DNA of 64,000 nucleotides from Gnetum montanum (GCA_015680685.1 MNCI01001142.1:403180-467179); one strand, 5' to 3'; shown: positions 1 to 12,484, counted from the first letter of the stretch. Made by a program: numbers and translations. The notes: generated by a model from the letters alone, not told the origin.

Positions 1-1200
1 CACCCAAAAGAAATAGTAGTTTCTTCACCAAGTTAATAATTTCATGGAAATCAATGAAAGTCTTTATAAAGTATGTCCCAATAGCCTAGTATGCTAGTGT
101 TTCCCTAACATGGATCAACTATGCATTGTCTAGGATGATCATGAGGGCCCTTGTGGGCGCCATTACACTAGGAGATGCCCAACCATTGAAATCCTCATGG
201 TAGGATATTACTAGCCAACAATCTTCAGGAATGCACACCAATTTGTTTGCACTTGTGATCATTAATAGAGGGATGGTGGAATGATAGCTCAAATGGAGGG
301 GCCATAGTAATGGATTCAACCTCTTAAGCCATTTGATATTTGGGGTAATGACTTTATGGATCCCATTGCACCTTTGTCAAATGGAAAGGCATATATAATA
401 GTCATAGTTAACTATTGCACTAAGTGGGCAGAAGAAATATCTTTCACCAACTATATATCCACTATTGCTACTTGGTTTATATAATAGAATATCATAAATA
501 GGTTTGTTATGCCTCATGCATTATGTTTTGACAATGAAACTCATTTTACAGGTGCCACTTTTGGAAAAATTATGTAGTGCTTGGAGGTTGAGAACAAACT
601 CATAATACATTATCATCCCCAAAACAATGGTCAAGTTTAGGTCATTAATCAAGAGATTAAAAAAATTCTATATGCGCTATTAGCAAATACTAAAGGGATT
701 GAAGAAACAAATTAAATAATGTGCTTTGGGCCTATCACTCCACATGAAAGCTTCCCATAGGCTATTCTCCCTATGAGCTTGTGTACGAAAAACTACCAAC
801 ACTGCCCATCAAATATGATCTCCATACACTCTCTACAACCTATGACCTTGACCTAGATCTAAGTCTAGCACAAAAAGAACAATTAATGAACCTAAAATTT
901 CTAGATTAAAATCAATTAATGGCCTTGTCATGTAAAAAAATTTATAAGATATTCAACAAGAAACGTCATGACCTCAAAATAAGGAAAGCCAAGTTTCAAC
1001 CAAGGGACAAGGTTCTTTATTGGAATCTTGCACACACCTCAATGAACCAAATTTCACATGTTGTGGAAAGTACCTTACATTATTGATGAGACTTTTTCAT
1101 TTGGGGCCATGAGTATCTATAAACCTGACACCCTAGTTAAGAAACAATTAGTCAACACCCAATAATTGAAACCTTTCCATGAGCCCAAGCCAACCAACTC
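1..1200 (+). pseudogene. Ty3/gypsy integrase (zinc finger, core and C-terminal region), many stops
   Basis: Manual translation gives ...PTIFRNAHQFVCTCDH..., PFDIWGNDFMDP...YIIVIVNYCTKWAE, DNETHF, YHPQNNGQ, PIGYSPYELVY. Confidence 0.9.
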
Positions 1201-3301
1201 AACAAACACCTCACTAGATGGACAACCATGCTCAATCTTTTGGATCTCCCCCTTCCAACTTAGTCATGGGGGAGATGGACATATATACTAACACTTTATG
1301 TGGCTCCTTAGTTTTTTTAATTTTTTGTTTTGCACATTTTTGGTTTTACAACTTTTTGTTTTCATATTCTTTGTTTTACATCTTCTTATTTTTCAAGTTA
1401 TTGATCTTTTTTAAGTTTTTGTTTTACACCATTGTTAGTATATTTAATATTTCTTGAATACTCTTTTAATTTCTTTATATTTTCTTGTGTTTGGTGTGAT
1501 TCTCTACTCTTTTTTCTAATAAAGGTACTAGGTACAATAATAATATGCTACTTGATGGTGGTATGTTTAATTTGTAATTTGATTATTGATGTCTGGTTTC
1601 TAAATTTGAATATCATTACTGACAACTAGGACATGGTTTCATTTCATGTAATAGGTAGCAAGTCCACACCATCCACCCATCCATGAACTCTAATGTTTTT
1701 CTTGTTTTGGAAATGTGTAGTCCCTTTTTTGTTAAAGTAACCTTAATATATTGGTGACTTCTGTAGTTTCCAGAATTGGTAAGGAATCAAAGGTTTGGAT
1801 AGGGTGTGGATTCAAAGGGATGTGATATTCTTCATGCTTTTCCATTTTCCTATGTGCGGGATTGTTCTTGTGAGCTTCTCACCATTCTATGTCATTCCAC
1901 AATAGGAAGTCAAATATGTCCTTGCATGGTGTGGCCCTCATCAAAAAAAAGAAGAAAAAATACATGAGGATTCAAAGCAAATCCCTTGGACAAAATAAAT
2001 GTGAAAATGCATGAGTCTTTACATGGTGTGATTCACATTCAAAATAATAATAATAGTAATAATAATAATAATATGAGAATTCAAAGCACACCCCTTAGAC
2101 CAAATAAAAGGGCTACAAGCACTAGTTATAAGACTTGTTTTATCTCCTCTAACTAAGGCCCTTTCTCACTTCCTACTTTTTCTCCAATTTGGAATAGTGT
2201 TTTTTTTGTGGGATCATTCTTATGTCTTAGGGGATGGACTAGTCTTAGAATGTCAATGCAAAGTCACTTAAAGTGGTTGGTTTTGGTCTAGACTACGGAT
2301 GGATGCTGCCTAGTCATTTAATCACAAACTCCACAAGGGACATCATGTGACTATAATGAGGAACTCCATTCCACTCTCTCTCTCATCCATCTATTCTTTT
2401 CATGCCTCACATCATTTCTAGTTTCATGTTTTGATTTGATGTTCTGGTTTGATATGTCAGGTTTCTCAGTCAGTTACTTTTGGATTTTTGTACTTAACCT
2501 TTTATAACCATTAATCATCCATGGTGCCCATGGACTCCTTGGTTTGAAGTTATGCAAGGGCATAAAATGCCTATGCTTGCTTTGGGGAGGACCCACTTGC
2601 ATATCGTTTGGTTTGGTTAAGTTCAGTTCTTTAACCTTAGACATTTTTACAATCACATCTTTTTTATTTATCCCATAAATGCCATCCAATTGTACACATA
2701 TTCACAACTATTTTTAGTGAATTCTTTATTTTTATTGTTGTGAATTTCTATTCCCTCTTTTCTAGTATTCCTTATTTTAAGCTTTTTCTAAATTTTATGG
2801 ACTACTTCTATTACTTAACCTATTTGTCAATCTTCCCACTAACATTATCAAGCAACCAATCTACCACAATTAGAACTTAGCTAGATAAAATCACTAACGA
2901 GACAAGGTATTCAACTGCTATGTGTTACACTTTATATACTAATCTTTGATTTTTTTGTGATTGTATTGGGGAGCATGGACTAGAAGTAGGACTATCTTCA
3001 CCAAGGAGGATGCAAAAATATCACTCATGGGAGATCGTCCATGACCGTTAGCTCTCTTCTACCTATCCCTCATTCTTCTATTACCAAGAGGGGTTGTATG
3101 TCCATTGGATTGAAGGGTGTTCTTTATTGTTATCATGAACACCTAATTCTATACATAATTGTAATAATGTATGCTTGGGCACTTCTATATTTTTCTATTT
3201 TCTTTGTGTCACACTACATGTTAGCCAACATTCCATACCTCCTAATATATTTTGTAAGGGATTTGTTCCTCTTCTTTTGTACTCATGGATAAGTTTTCAT
3301 T

Positions 3302-3315
3302 CAGTTGTGGGGGTA
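3302..3315 (+). promoter_or_regulatory. Polypurine tract of A1
   Basis: CAGTTGTGGGGGTA directly before LTR TGATG; same motif precedes the A2 and A3 3' LTRs. Confidence 0.8.
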
Positions 3316-4168
3316 TGATGAATAATTTTTTTCATAAGCTCTGATATCAGGGTGGCTGTGATATTGGGTACGTGATATTGTGATCCAAGATGTGATATTA
3401 GGCATTTGATATCGCAAGGTTACTCGCGGGCCTATAAATACAACCCCTAGGCACACAATTGGTCGTAGGTTTTGTAATCAAGTAGCAAAGCTCTTGCATT
3501 TTATTCATTTGAGAATTATAATATTTTCCAAGTGTTTGCAATAGGATGTCTAAGTGTGATTGGATCATTATTCAAGCATTAATGTACCTGAACACACAAT
3601 TGTGTTGGCAATAAAGATGAGCTCTTTGATTCATCCTTGTAGCACTTGAGACTTTCTTTCTTATGAATTTATATATTGTGATTTTATGTAGTTTACATTA
3701 TTATTATTCATGTAGTAATTAATTTTGATTAATTAAGTAACTCATTAAAATACATAAGCACAACCCCTTCAAACATATGTGTGACACTTCGTAGCTTAGA
3801 AATGGTTAGCATTTGACAACCCAACAATGTTTACACAAAGTTTAGGATGTGTTTGAGAAGTGGAGATGGTTACTTGTGTTAGGCTAGATTAGATAATAGT
3901 TTCCTTAGCACTTAATTACTCTCACTTTTATTCTTGTTCTAATCAAGAAAATTAATAAAACAAAAAATAATAAAAATCTTATGCCTCGGCACATGTAATC
4001 ATACAATTGCATTTCACAAGTGGGACTAGGAAGACAATGAAAGGACACCACGTACTCACCATTTAGCTCTAGCATACTTGGTAATTAAACTCTGTGGAAT
4101 TCAATCGAATCACACATGAACACTTTTGATTTGTATGGTTGGGCATAGGGGTACGTTGTTGCACATTA
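3316..4168 (+). repeat. 3' LTR of A1 (~853 bp)
   Basis: Starts TGATG; TATAAATA near 3433; end GGGCATAGGGGTACGTTGTTGCACATTA aligns with A3 LTR end GAGTGTAGGGATACCTCGCCACTCATCA. Confidence 0.8.
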
Positions 4169-6345
4169 GAAATGAGTGAATGGATGATGGAATCTCACTG
4201 TATATAGAATCACTCTTCCAATGGTTTGATAATATAGAGTAATATTCACATTGTTGAAACTACATCTTATTTTATTTCTTATACTTTACAAGAGAAATCA
4301 ACAAAAATATGTATAAAATGATGAAAAATTATAGAAAAATGACAAGAATAGCAAAAATGATAGGAATGAAAAAATGTAAAAGAAATTTAAAAGGTATCAA
4401 AGAATAAACAATGGAAGAGATATTAAAGAATGTGAAAATGTAGTGAGAAAAGAAAAAATTTCAGTGCCTAAGTATCCAACTAGATACCCCCATAACTATT
4501 ATTGGAAATAGTTAATCAAAAGATGGAATGGATTAAATATGATTTGACCAATAGGGTAGAATCCATGAAGGAGCTAGGATATTTGTACAATGGTTTCACT
4601 TGTTGAATATTAACCAGGATAATCTTTTATGAGTTAGTTAAGTGATAGATCTGCATGGCACCTGATTGGTATGTCACATGGATGATACAGGATCCTTCCC
4701 ATAAGGTTTGCACTTAGCCTTTTGTGGCTTATGATTGGGATTGTAATATAGGACTTTATCACCTAGTTTCATACCTTTATTATTCTTGCATCATGCCTAC
4801 ATTTGGATTATTTGTTGTGAACCTCATTACTCATCAAAGCTACAAGTATATCTTCATCTAAAATATTAAGATTCATGAAACATTTCTTTTGGGCTAAGTT
4901 TAAGTCTAGATCATGTATACTTGTAGTAGCCAACATTTGAAGCTCTGCTTGGATTAGTAGCATAGAAATGTTTCCATAGACTAGCTGATAGGGTGAGTAC
5001 CCTATTGGAAATTTCAATGTGGACCTATATGTCCATAGAGCATCATTTAACTTAGTGCTCCAATCCTTCATGAATCAACTAACTGTTTTGGTTAATATTC
5101 TTGTGATTTCATGGTTAGTTATTTTTTCTTGATCATTTTCTTGGGTATAGTATTTTGAAGTTAAATTTTGATTCACCACAAGTTGTTGCATTAGATTTTT
5201 GAATGTAGCTCATGTAAAATGAGTCCCATTGTTAGATATGAGCATACGTGGTATCTCAAATCTGTTCATCACATGTTGTTGAAAGAACTTATGAGCTATT
5301 TTGGTTGTGAAATCCTTGACTGCATCATCTTTAGCTCACTTGGTAGAATAATAAACTATCACTATGATGTAGGATTTTCCATTGGACATTAGTGTGATAG
5401 GCCCATGAAATCAATTTTCCATATATTGAATGGCTCCAATGGTTGTATCCATTATTGTGGACCTTCATTTCTGGCCATTCGTCCTCTATTATGTTGACTT
5501 CTTTCATAAGATTGGGTGAATTACTATGCATCCCTAAATATGGTAGGTCAAAAATAGCCTACTATCATTAGCACTAGTGTTGTTTTATGTCCTACATAGT
5601 GACCACTTCATGGTCCCTCATGTGCATCTTATACAGTTCTTTATTAGCTCTCTTCTAGAATGCACCATCTTACTAGTCCATCTACACATATCTTTTAAAT
5701 ATTCCCATTGATTTCCATATACCATTTAAGTTGATGAAGGAATTATTTCTCTTATTTCTTATTTCACTCAATAGGAAGCTCTTGTTATAGTGAGGTAAGT
5801 CATGTGATCAGTAATCCATGATTTTTCTATTGAGTTGATAGTCATTGTTGCTTTTGTAAACAAATTTTCATGAAAAAATTGGTTTAATAATGATTCATCC
5901 TATTCTTGTGGTTTTCATCTTAGTCTTGATAAATGATTAGCTGTGACATTTTTGGTTTCCTTCTTATCTATAATAGTAATGTCAAACTCTTGTAATATCA
6001 CAAGCTATCATATCACCCTTGGATTAATCACTAGTTTATTCATCAAATATTTGATGGCACTATGATCTATGTGAACATAAATAGGATACCTAGGCACATA
6101 ATTTTTGAAATTTTCAAGTGCATACACCATGACCATAATATCCTATTCTATAGTGGTGTAATTAAGTTATGCCCTGGTGATGCTTCGACTGGCACAATGT
6201 ATGTAGTAGGGCCATCTTTGATCATCTAGTTGAGTAAGTACTACAACCAGTTTATAGCTTGAAGCATTTATCATAGTGTGAAAGGGCTTGAACTAATCCA
6301 GAACTTGAAGTATTGCTATTTTGATTATCTTTTGTTTTAATGTCT
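4169..6345 (-). mobile_element. Athila-like fragment A1' (RNase H, integrase, start of 3' region), cut by A1 on the left and fused to B1 on the right
   Basis: ORF 4808-5071 KDWSTKLNDALWTYRSTLKFPIGYSPYQLVYG (integrase); RH-like KPFHTMINASSYKLVVVLTQ...LNYTTIE; post-pol motif AGTTATGGGGGTAT near 4490. Confidence 0.85.
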
Positions 6346-6960
6346 ATTTCTTAGGATTTAATGAAATACCATACTCGCGGAATTTGTCAAAAACTTGTTG
6401 AAGATGACCAATATGATCTTCCTTCCTTTGTGAAAAGATGATGATATCATCTACATGAAAATAAAAAAATTTCCTATTAAACATTTAAAGGCTCAATTCA
6501 TTGCTCTTTGAAAAGTTGCTCTAGCATTCGACAATCCAAATGACATTCTTTGATACATGAAAGTTCCACATTTGGTGATAAGTGCTATCTTATATCTATC
6601 ACCCTTATCTACCATGATTTTATTATAACATGAAAAACCATATAGGAAGGAATATACTTGACAACCTAATACTTTAATCAACATTTCATCAATTCTAGGA
6701 AGTGGTATTTATCATTTTTTTAGGCTTCATTCAAATATATGAAATCCATACAAAGTCTAATATCACCATTCTTCTTTCTTACTTGTACAAGGTTAGCAAG
6801 CCATGTCAATTATTAGACTAGATATATGATTCAGGCTTGAAATAACTTCTTGATCTTAGCTTCCATGGTTGGATCAAATGATGGATTAAATTTTCTTTAT
6901 TTTTTCTTAACTATCTTACAACCATTTATCAAAGAAATCTTATGTGTCATCACATTTGGT
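6346..6960 (-). pseudogene. Reverse transcriptase of B1, truncated after GISLNPKK
   Basis: DRYKIALITKCGTFMYQRMSFGLSNARATFQRAMN, VDDIIIFS, GISLNPKK. Confidence 0.9.
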
Positions 6961-7539
6961 GTAAAATTTTTAAGAGCATCATAGGACTAGGAAATATTTT
7001 CCAAATTATTTTTTAGGAGTAATAATAAATTTTTCTTGAAAATAAAATCCTTTTCCTTTGTGACATTTAACATCTTTGGCAATTCAATAGATCTGAAATT
7101 CATTACTTCATATGCTTGATCATCTAGATTCTGTATATCCTTTCTAGTGAGCAAATGTTTTTGTCAAATTCATTTTTATAATCAATCACTTTGTTTTGAA
7201 TGAGATTTTTCCTAAACCTTGATACTATTTTAGGTATGATTTGACCTTCAAATTCTTGTTATTTTTCAGGAATCTAAGTAATTAATCATCATTTTCAAAT
7301 ACTTACTTTATTTTATCTGGTAATGATGGCTAATGTTTATTCTCGATCATTACATTTTTATAAATTTCTATTTTGTTCACATCTAATGATCAATTTGATT
7401 TTGCTAAGTAATCTACTATATAATTATCTTTTCTATGTATATGTTCTATTTGGTAATGATGAAATTGATTTATCATTTTATAGACAAATTATCTATAGGG
7501 TCACAAGAATGAACTCTTTAATACACCATTACCTTTGAC

Positions 7540-7736
7540 CTATTCACATACTAATCTCGAATCTCCTTTGATGGTGGTTACCTTGATTCCTTTTTCCAAT
7601 GCTATTTTAATTCCAATACTTAGAGCTTCATATATAGCCTTGTTATTTGTACAATGGAAAGATAGATGAATTGCCTTGAATATTTTTAGGGAATCATATT
7701 TTACTATAACTAATTTGGCTCTTGTGCCTTTCAAAG
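7540..7736 (-). pseudogene. Additional RNase H (aRH) of B1, part downstream of the A2 insertion; its N-terminal WKLYFDGSCN lies at ~13362-13400
   Basis: HLSFHCTNNKAIYEALSIGIKIALEKGIKVTTIKGDSRLVC matches the RNase HI TNNxAEYEAL / GDS motifs. Confidence 0.85.
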
Positions 7737-8421
7737 TGATGAGTGGCGAGGTACCCCTACACTCAACCATACGAATATGAGTGTTCACACATGATCTGGT
7801 CAAACTCTATGGACAGGCTAGTTGTGGTATCTAGATTGTTACATGTTGATCACAATTCGCTGTCTTCCCACCTGGACTAGTATTTTCTTTGTCATGTATG
7901 GTTTAGTCTAGAGTGAGGCGTATGATGTGATCCTAAACTAATGATACTCCTAGAGACAATGGAAAATAATCTTGATTAAATTAATGAGCAATAGGAAATG
8001 AGTCTAAGCTAGCCTAAGTGCAATGAGCATCCATTCCTTAATAATCTGTACACATCTTGGACCTCGTGCATGACCACTATCGGGATTACCCANGATGAAG
8101 TAATCTCGATCTTTATTTCCGGTCATGTGCACATCCAAGTATGTCACACTCGAATAATGGTGTCGTACAATTACAAGCATCACACTATGGGCATGCACTT
8201 GGGAAAATAATCTAACTCCTATAGAAACAAAATTAAAGGGCTTTGCTACAACTACTAGAAAAATACCTAGGTGTGGCAGAGGGCCACTTATTTATAGGCT
8301 AAAAAAAGCTTTGCGTAAACGGGGCCACATCGATGCATGGAGGGATGCATCGACGCGGCCGCATATACGGGGCCCCGTATACGCGGCTGCGTCGACGCAT
8401 CTTCTTTTTAGCACTTCATCA
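7737..8421 (-). repeat. 3' LTR of A2 (about 190 bp missing at the N at 8093)
   Basis: Direct repeat of 12486-13361, roughly 10-12% divergent by eye over the first ~225 bp, mostly transitions. Confidence 0.93.
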
Positions 8422-8436
8422 TGCCCCCACGACTGA
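8422..8436 (-). promoter_or_regulatory. PPT of A2
   Basis: Minus strand TCAGTCGTGGGGGCA abutting LTR TGATG. Confidence 0.85.
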
Positions 8437-8589
8437 ATAACAACTCGTCCTCAAGTCAAAGAAAGTGAGGAACAAGCTCAATTGAATACATAGTGGATAG
8501 GTATGGGATTATTGATTGACTAGAAATTTATTCATGTTGCAGTGGGGAATTAAACAAAATTTGAACACAGACACAAAAGACAAAACTTG

Positions 8590-9031
8590 TGGAACTCATG
8601 GGGTTCCCGATAGTGGTGGCTCCTCCATGGGTGCCTTTCCTTTGTCCTGTGCATCAGGCTTCTAGGATTGATACTATTGAAGAAGCACCTAACGTTTCTC
8701 CTCTTCTATTTGAGGATTATGAGCCATCCATGCTGATGTTCCAATGTTTGATGGAGTCAGCAGTTTTCATGGACAAGGAAGCTACGGGAACACTTGATTG
8801 GCCTTGACATGTCATGCCACAAATAGCCATCATTTCTCTTCATAGGCTTAGGCCCTAACCTCTCCTCCCTTTGCTTGGATAGATTATGCAGTAACAGGAG
8901 TTCCATGATAGATGCTGAATGATTTCCTTCTGCTCTACATGTTCTGCATGAGGTCCTTCGCCTCTGCCTCCCCTAGGTAGTTCAGTTGCATCTTGAGAAG
9001 GTCCTCCTTGTTGTCTTCTTTTAGGGGCCAT
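8590..9031 (-). pseudogene. Degenerate 3' accessory ORF of A2 (MAPKRRQQGGPSQDATELPRGGRG...DKGKAPMEEP), unknown function
   Basis: ATG immediately after a putative splice acceptor; protein-like low-complexity start and a DKGKAP motif; frameshifted. Confidence 0.45.
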
Positions 9032-11599
9032 CTATAATCACACAAAGATCAATTATTAGTAAGGTTATTGAAAAAATTTCAATGATTTCATACCTTACTC
9101 ATTGCCTTTAATAAATGTTGCGTTCTTTACTTAGTGTGATTTTAGAGTTAGAAATTTTTCAAGGAAGTTGCTCTAATAGTTTAATGTCGGACCTGGTTTT
9201 GAGGAACGTTTGATAAAATGATGAAAAAAGAAAGAATAGATTTGGAAATGAAATACTCGGAGGGTATAAGATGATGTGATGGTGTGCAACAAGTACAAAT
9301 TACAAAAGTCATGCAAGTGGGTCCTCCCCAAAGTAGGTTCCAACCTATAATGCCCTTGCGTAACCACACCTTAAAATGTCCATAGGAACTAGAAGGGTTA
9401 AATGTAATCTATGCCAATGCAACAAAACACACACATGTTAATACCACCATGATGAGATATGAATTCAATGCTACACAAGACACGAGTCACAAATACATCA
9501 ACAGGGAGATGGGATGAATTAGAGAAGGGATTGCAGAGATTGGGATATGAGGTAACTGACTTAGGGCACAATGAATCTTGAGTGTAGGGCATGATTAATG
9601 TGTCATTAGCCCATCACTCAAAATCAATACCAAGCCCATTCCTCCAATCAGTGACATCGCATTGTTTCATCCAATGATGGACAACCATAAGAGCACCATG
9701 ACAACAAGGCATATGATCACTTGGTGTTTTTTCCAATGGAGGAGTGACTTGGAATTTCTTTGCAGCATACTTTTTTGTTTGGTTTCTTTGGCATACTCTC
9801 TTTTCCCTCTCTTCTCTCTCTCTCTCTCTCTTTGTTTTTTTTTGTGTTTTTTTTATTGGGTGCCTTTAATACTCTTACTTCCATTTTTTGTTAGATCTAC
9901 AAGGATCTTAGTATAACCAAGCTACATGATAGCACCTACAGATGTCACCAAAGAGAATCCACAAGTTCCCTTAATGTCACACCCTATCCATTCCCTCTTA
10001 GTCCATCATTTTTCACTTTGGGCATAATGAAAACAAAATTACTTTAAGTTTTAATGATGTCAAGAATATCATCATACCCAGAGTAGAACCTCTTATTAAT
10101 ATAATGGTTGGTGGATGTGGTGGGTTCACTATCCAAATAATTAGTCACCTGAGACTTGATAGCATAGAACAACACCTCACCTAATGAGTCACATGAGTGT
10201 TTTATTCATAGATGAGATTACTCATAAAAAGATAAAAAGACAAAAAAATAAAATAATAAATTAAAAGTGTGAAAAACTGGAAAACAAAAAGTTGAAAAAT
10301 TAAAGAAATAGAAAAACATCTATTAATTCTGTGTTGTTAGAATGGAGGATACCCCCCATAACTAAATGGTTGAACATGGCTAGAATTAATAAATGGAAGG
10401 TGAGGATCCTTGCATGTTGAAAATATTAGGATCTGATCATACTTACCCCATTGGGGTTCACACACTTTATTAGAGTTGTCATAGTGGGGAAAGTTATAAG
10501 ATGTGGTTAATTTATAAGGAGTTGACGCACTATGGTATGTGTGAGCATAAGATGGCATGCAAGGATCAACATGTCTCTTCATGTGGTAATATTCATTGGG
10601 CCCCATGGTGGTTGGAGTGCTGATTGGTGGCCCAAATAGAGTAACATGAGGTGTTTGATTTGAAGAAGAAGATGCACCACAACGTTGGATTTGTGCTGAG
10701 TTGGTAGATGCAATGGTTTCTGAACTGTGGTGTCTCTTTCGATGGTCATGTATAAATAAGGGATTCCTTAGATGTTGTGAAGGACCTCCACTGTTGTTGA
10801 CAATAGCAGCACAAGTAAAGTTTGTAGGTTAGCTGGCGGTGATGTAGAAGGGGGTGAAGTATGAGAATATTGAGGTTGAGGAGATGTGTAAGGTACATGA
10901 GGTGGTGATCTTGTTGGAGAGGACATGGGTGGATAGTACTTGGGAGAATGATAACAATGAGGTGAGGTAGAGGATGCTGATCCCATTGGAGAAACAAGGT
11001 GTTGAACATAATAAGAATTTGGTGCTACGACATATGAAGGGTATGGTCCAGTTGGTAGTGGCCTCCCCCATGACTAAGGTTTTTGCCATTGTGGTTGGAC
11101 ACAATATTTTTGTACGAACTTTGGATGTAACATTCCTCTCCAATGCTCATGTAAATGTGACAAGATTGGACATTGACCTTTGATGTATCGTACAAGAAAA
11201 TATTACATTGATATGTATGATTGGCAGTTGAGTTCTTATCCTTATTCTCTTCAACCCTTCTTTTTGATTGTCGCATGGTGTCCTATCCTATTTCTTGATT
11301 TGGCATAGTTCATCCTCTAAAAATGTTGGCATATTCTCCACATCTTTCATGTACCTAGTCTATCATCTTATTAATCTTTGCCTCAATTTTATCTAGTGAT
11401 TTTAGGATTGGCAAAGATGATTCCACCTCCTTGAAGTGAGTTGATTTCTTCTCTTCATGCTCCTGGACCCTTTTTAAGTTAAGATTTTTTCCTGTTGAGA
11501 ACTTTCAACATTCTCCCATTTGGCTATTTCTCCTTCTTCTTTTGCTATCCGCTTAATAAGCTCTTGGAGTTGATGGGTTCATAGCTCATATCGTTGACC

Positions 11600-12040
11600 T
11601 TAGGCGTACATCCCTAGGGTCTCGCTTGTTTCATTACAGAGCCCATCTATGATATGGTACATTAGCCTCTCCTTGGAGAACCCATGGCCTGGGTAGTTGT
11701 TTAATAGTGTGTAATATCTTTCTAAGGCCATGTCCAAGGGTTCATGTTGCACTTGTTTCCATTCTTGGATTTGTCTCCTCAAGGTTGACACTCTCACATA
11801 GGTTTGATATCTTTCGTTGAAAAGTTCTACCATTGTCAGCCAGCATCGAATTGATTTTGATTTTAACAACCTATACCATACTTTTTCTTGGCCCACAAGT
11901 GTCAGAGAAAAGAGCTTAAGTTTTTGCCACCCATTATCGATATTTTTCCATGTACAAGCATCATAGAAGGCTTGTAAATGTTGTTTCGGATCTAAGTCAT
12001 AGCCTCCTAAAAAATTGAGAAAGTTGTTTAAATCAAGCAC
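11600..12040 (-). pseudogene. gag: gag (retrotransposon gag domain) of A2
   Basis: DPKQHLQAFYDAC...KLKLFSLTLVGQEKVWY...QEWKQVQHEPL; homologous to A3 41000-41480. Confidence 0.88.
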
Positions 12041-12466
12041 GAGTAGACAACTTTCCTTACGATGCGTATGGGCTATTCAAATAGCCTCTTGTATTTTTGT
12101 TAAGATNGTATGGGCTATTCAAATAGCCTCTTGTATTTTTGTTAAGATTGTAGTGGGTAGTTGGGGTTCATCATCACTAGGTATGTTATGAAGTTGTGAG
12201 TTGGGATGATGTTGTTTGCGTTGATGCTCATAGGAAATCCCTACATCAGATTGGATACCCCAAACTTCATTTTCATAATATTCGTTGGTTCTCAAATGAA
12301 CTGCCTCACTAGATGTGGCATTATTATAGTCTTGAAGGAGAGACATGGTTGTAAATTTGTGTGTGATTTAATTAAAATTATTATTCTTATTTTTCTGAAA
12401 GATATATCATCAATTATTTGTTAGATCGATCTTGTATGATGTAACTAATCTAGATAACTAGCACTA

Positions 12467-12484
12467 TCCTTGGCAACGGTGCCA
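12467..12484 (-). promoter_or_regulatory. Primer-binding site of A2, complementary to tRNA-Asp 3' end (Athila-type)
   Basis: Minus strand TGGCACCGTTGCCAAGGA one nt after the LTR; Athila consensus TGGCGCCGTTGCCGGGGA. Confidence 0.85.

Larger units (their letters stand above)
1..4168 (+). mobile_element. Athila-like Ty3/gypsy LTR retrotransposon A1, 3' part (integrase, ~2 kb 3' region, PPT, 3' LTR); starts outside the window
   Basis: Degenerate integrase, then a 3' region with blocks shared with A2/A3, PPT CAGTTGTGGGGGTA and an LTR homologous to the A2/A3 LTRs. Confidence 0.85.

Noticed and set aside
1218-1629. Hydrophobic Phe/Leu-rich ORFs as an env-like membrane protein
   Set aside because: Translation of a T-rich tract; not conserved as protein in A1', A2 or A3
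8085-8100. ~190-bp deletion in the A2 3' LTR relative to the 5' LTR
   Set aside because: Coincides exactly with an N at 8093, so an assembly gap; the N at 52870 similarly hides LTR sequence
12066-12148. Perfect 41-bp tandem duplication
   Set aside because: The copies are separated by an N (12107): contig-overlap artefact
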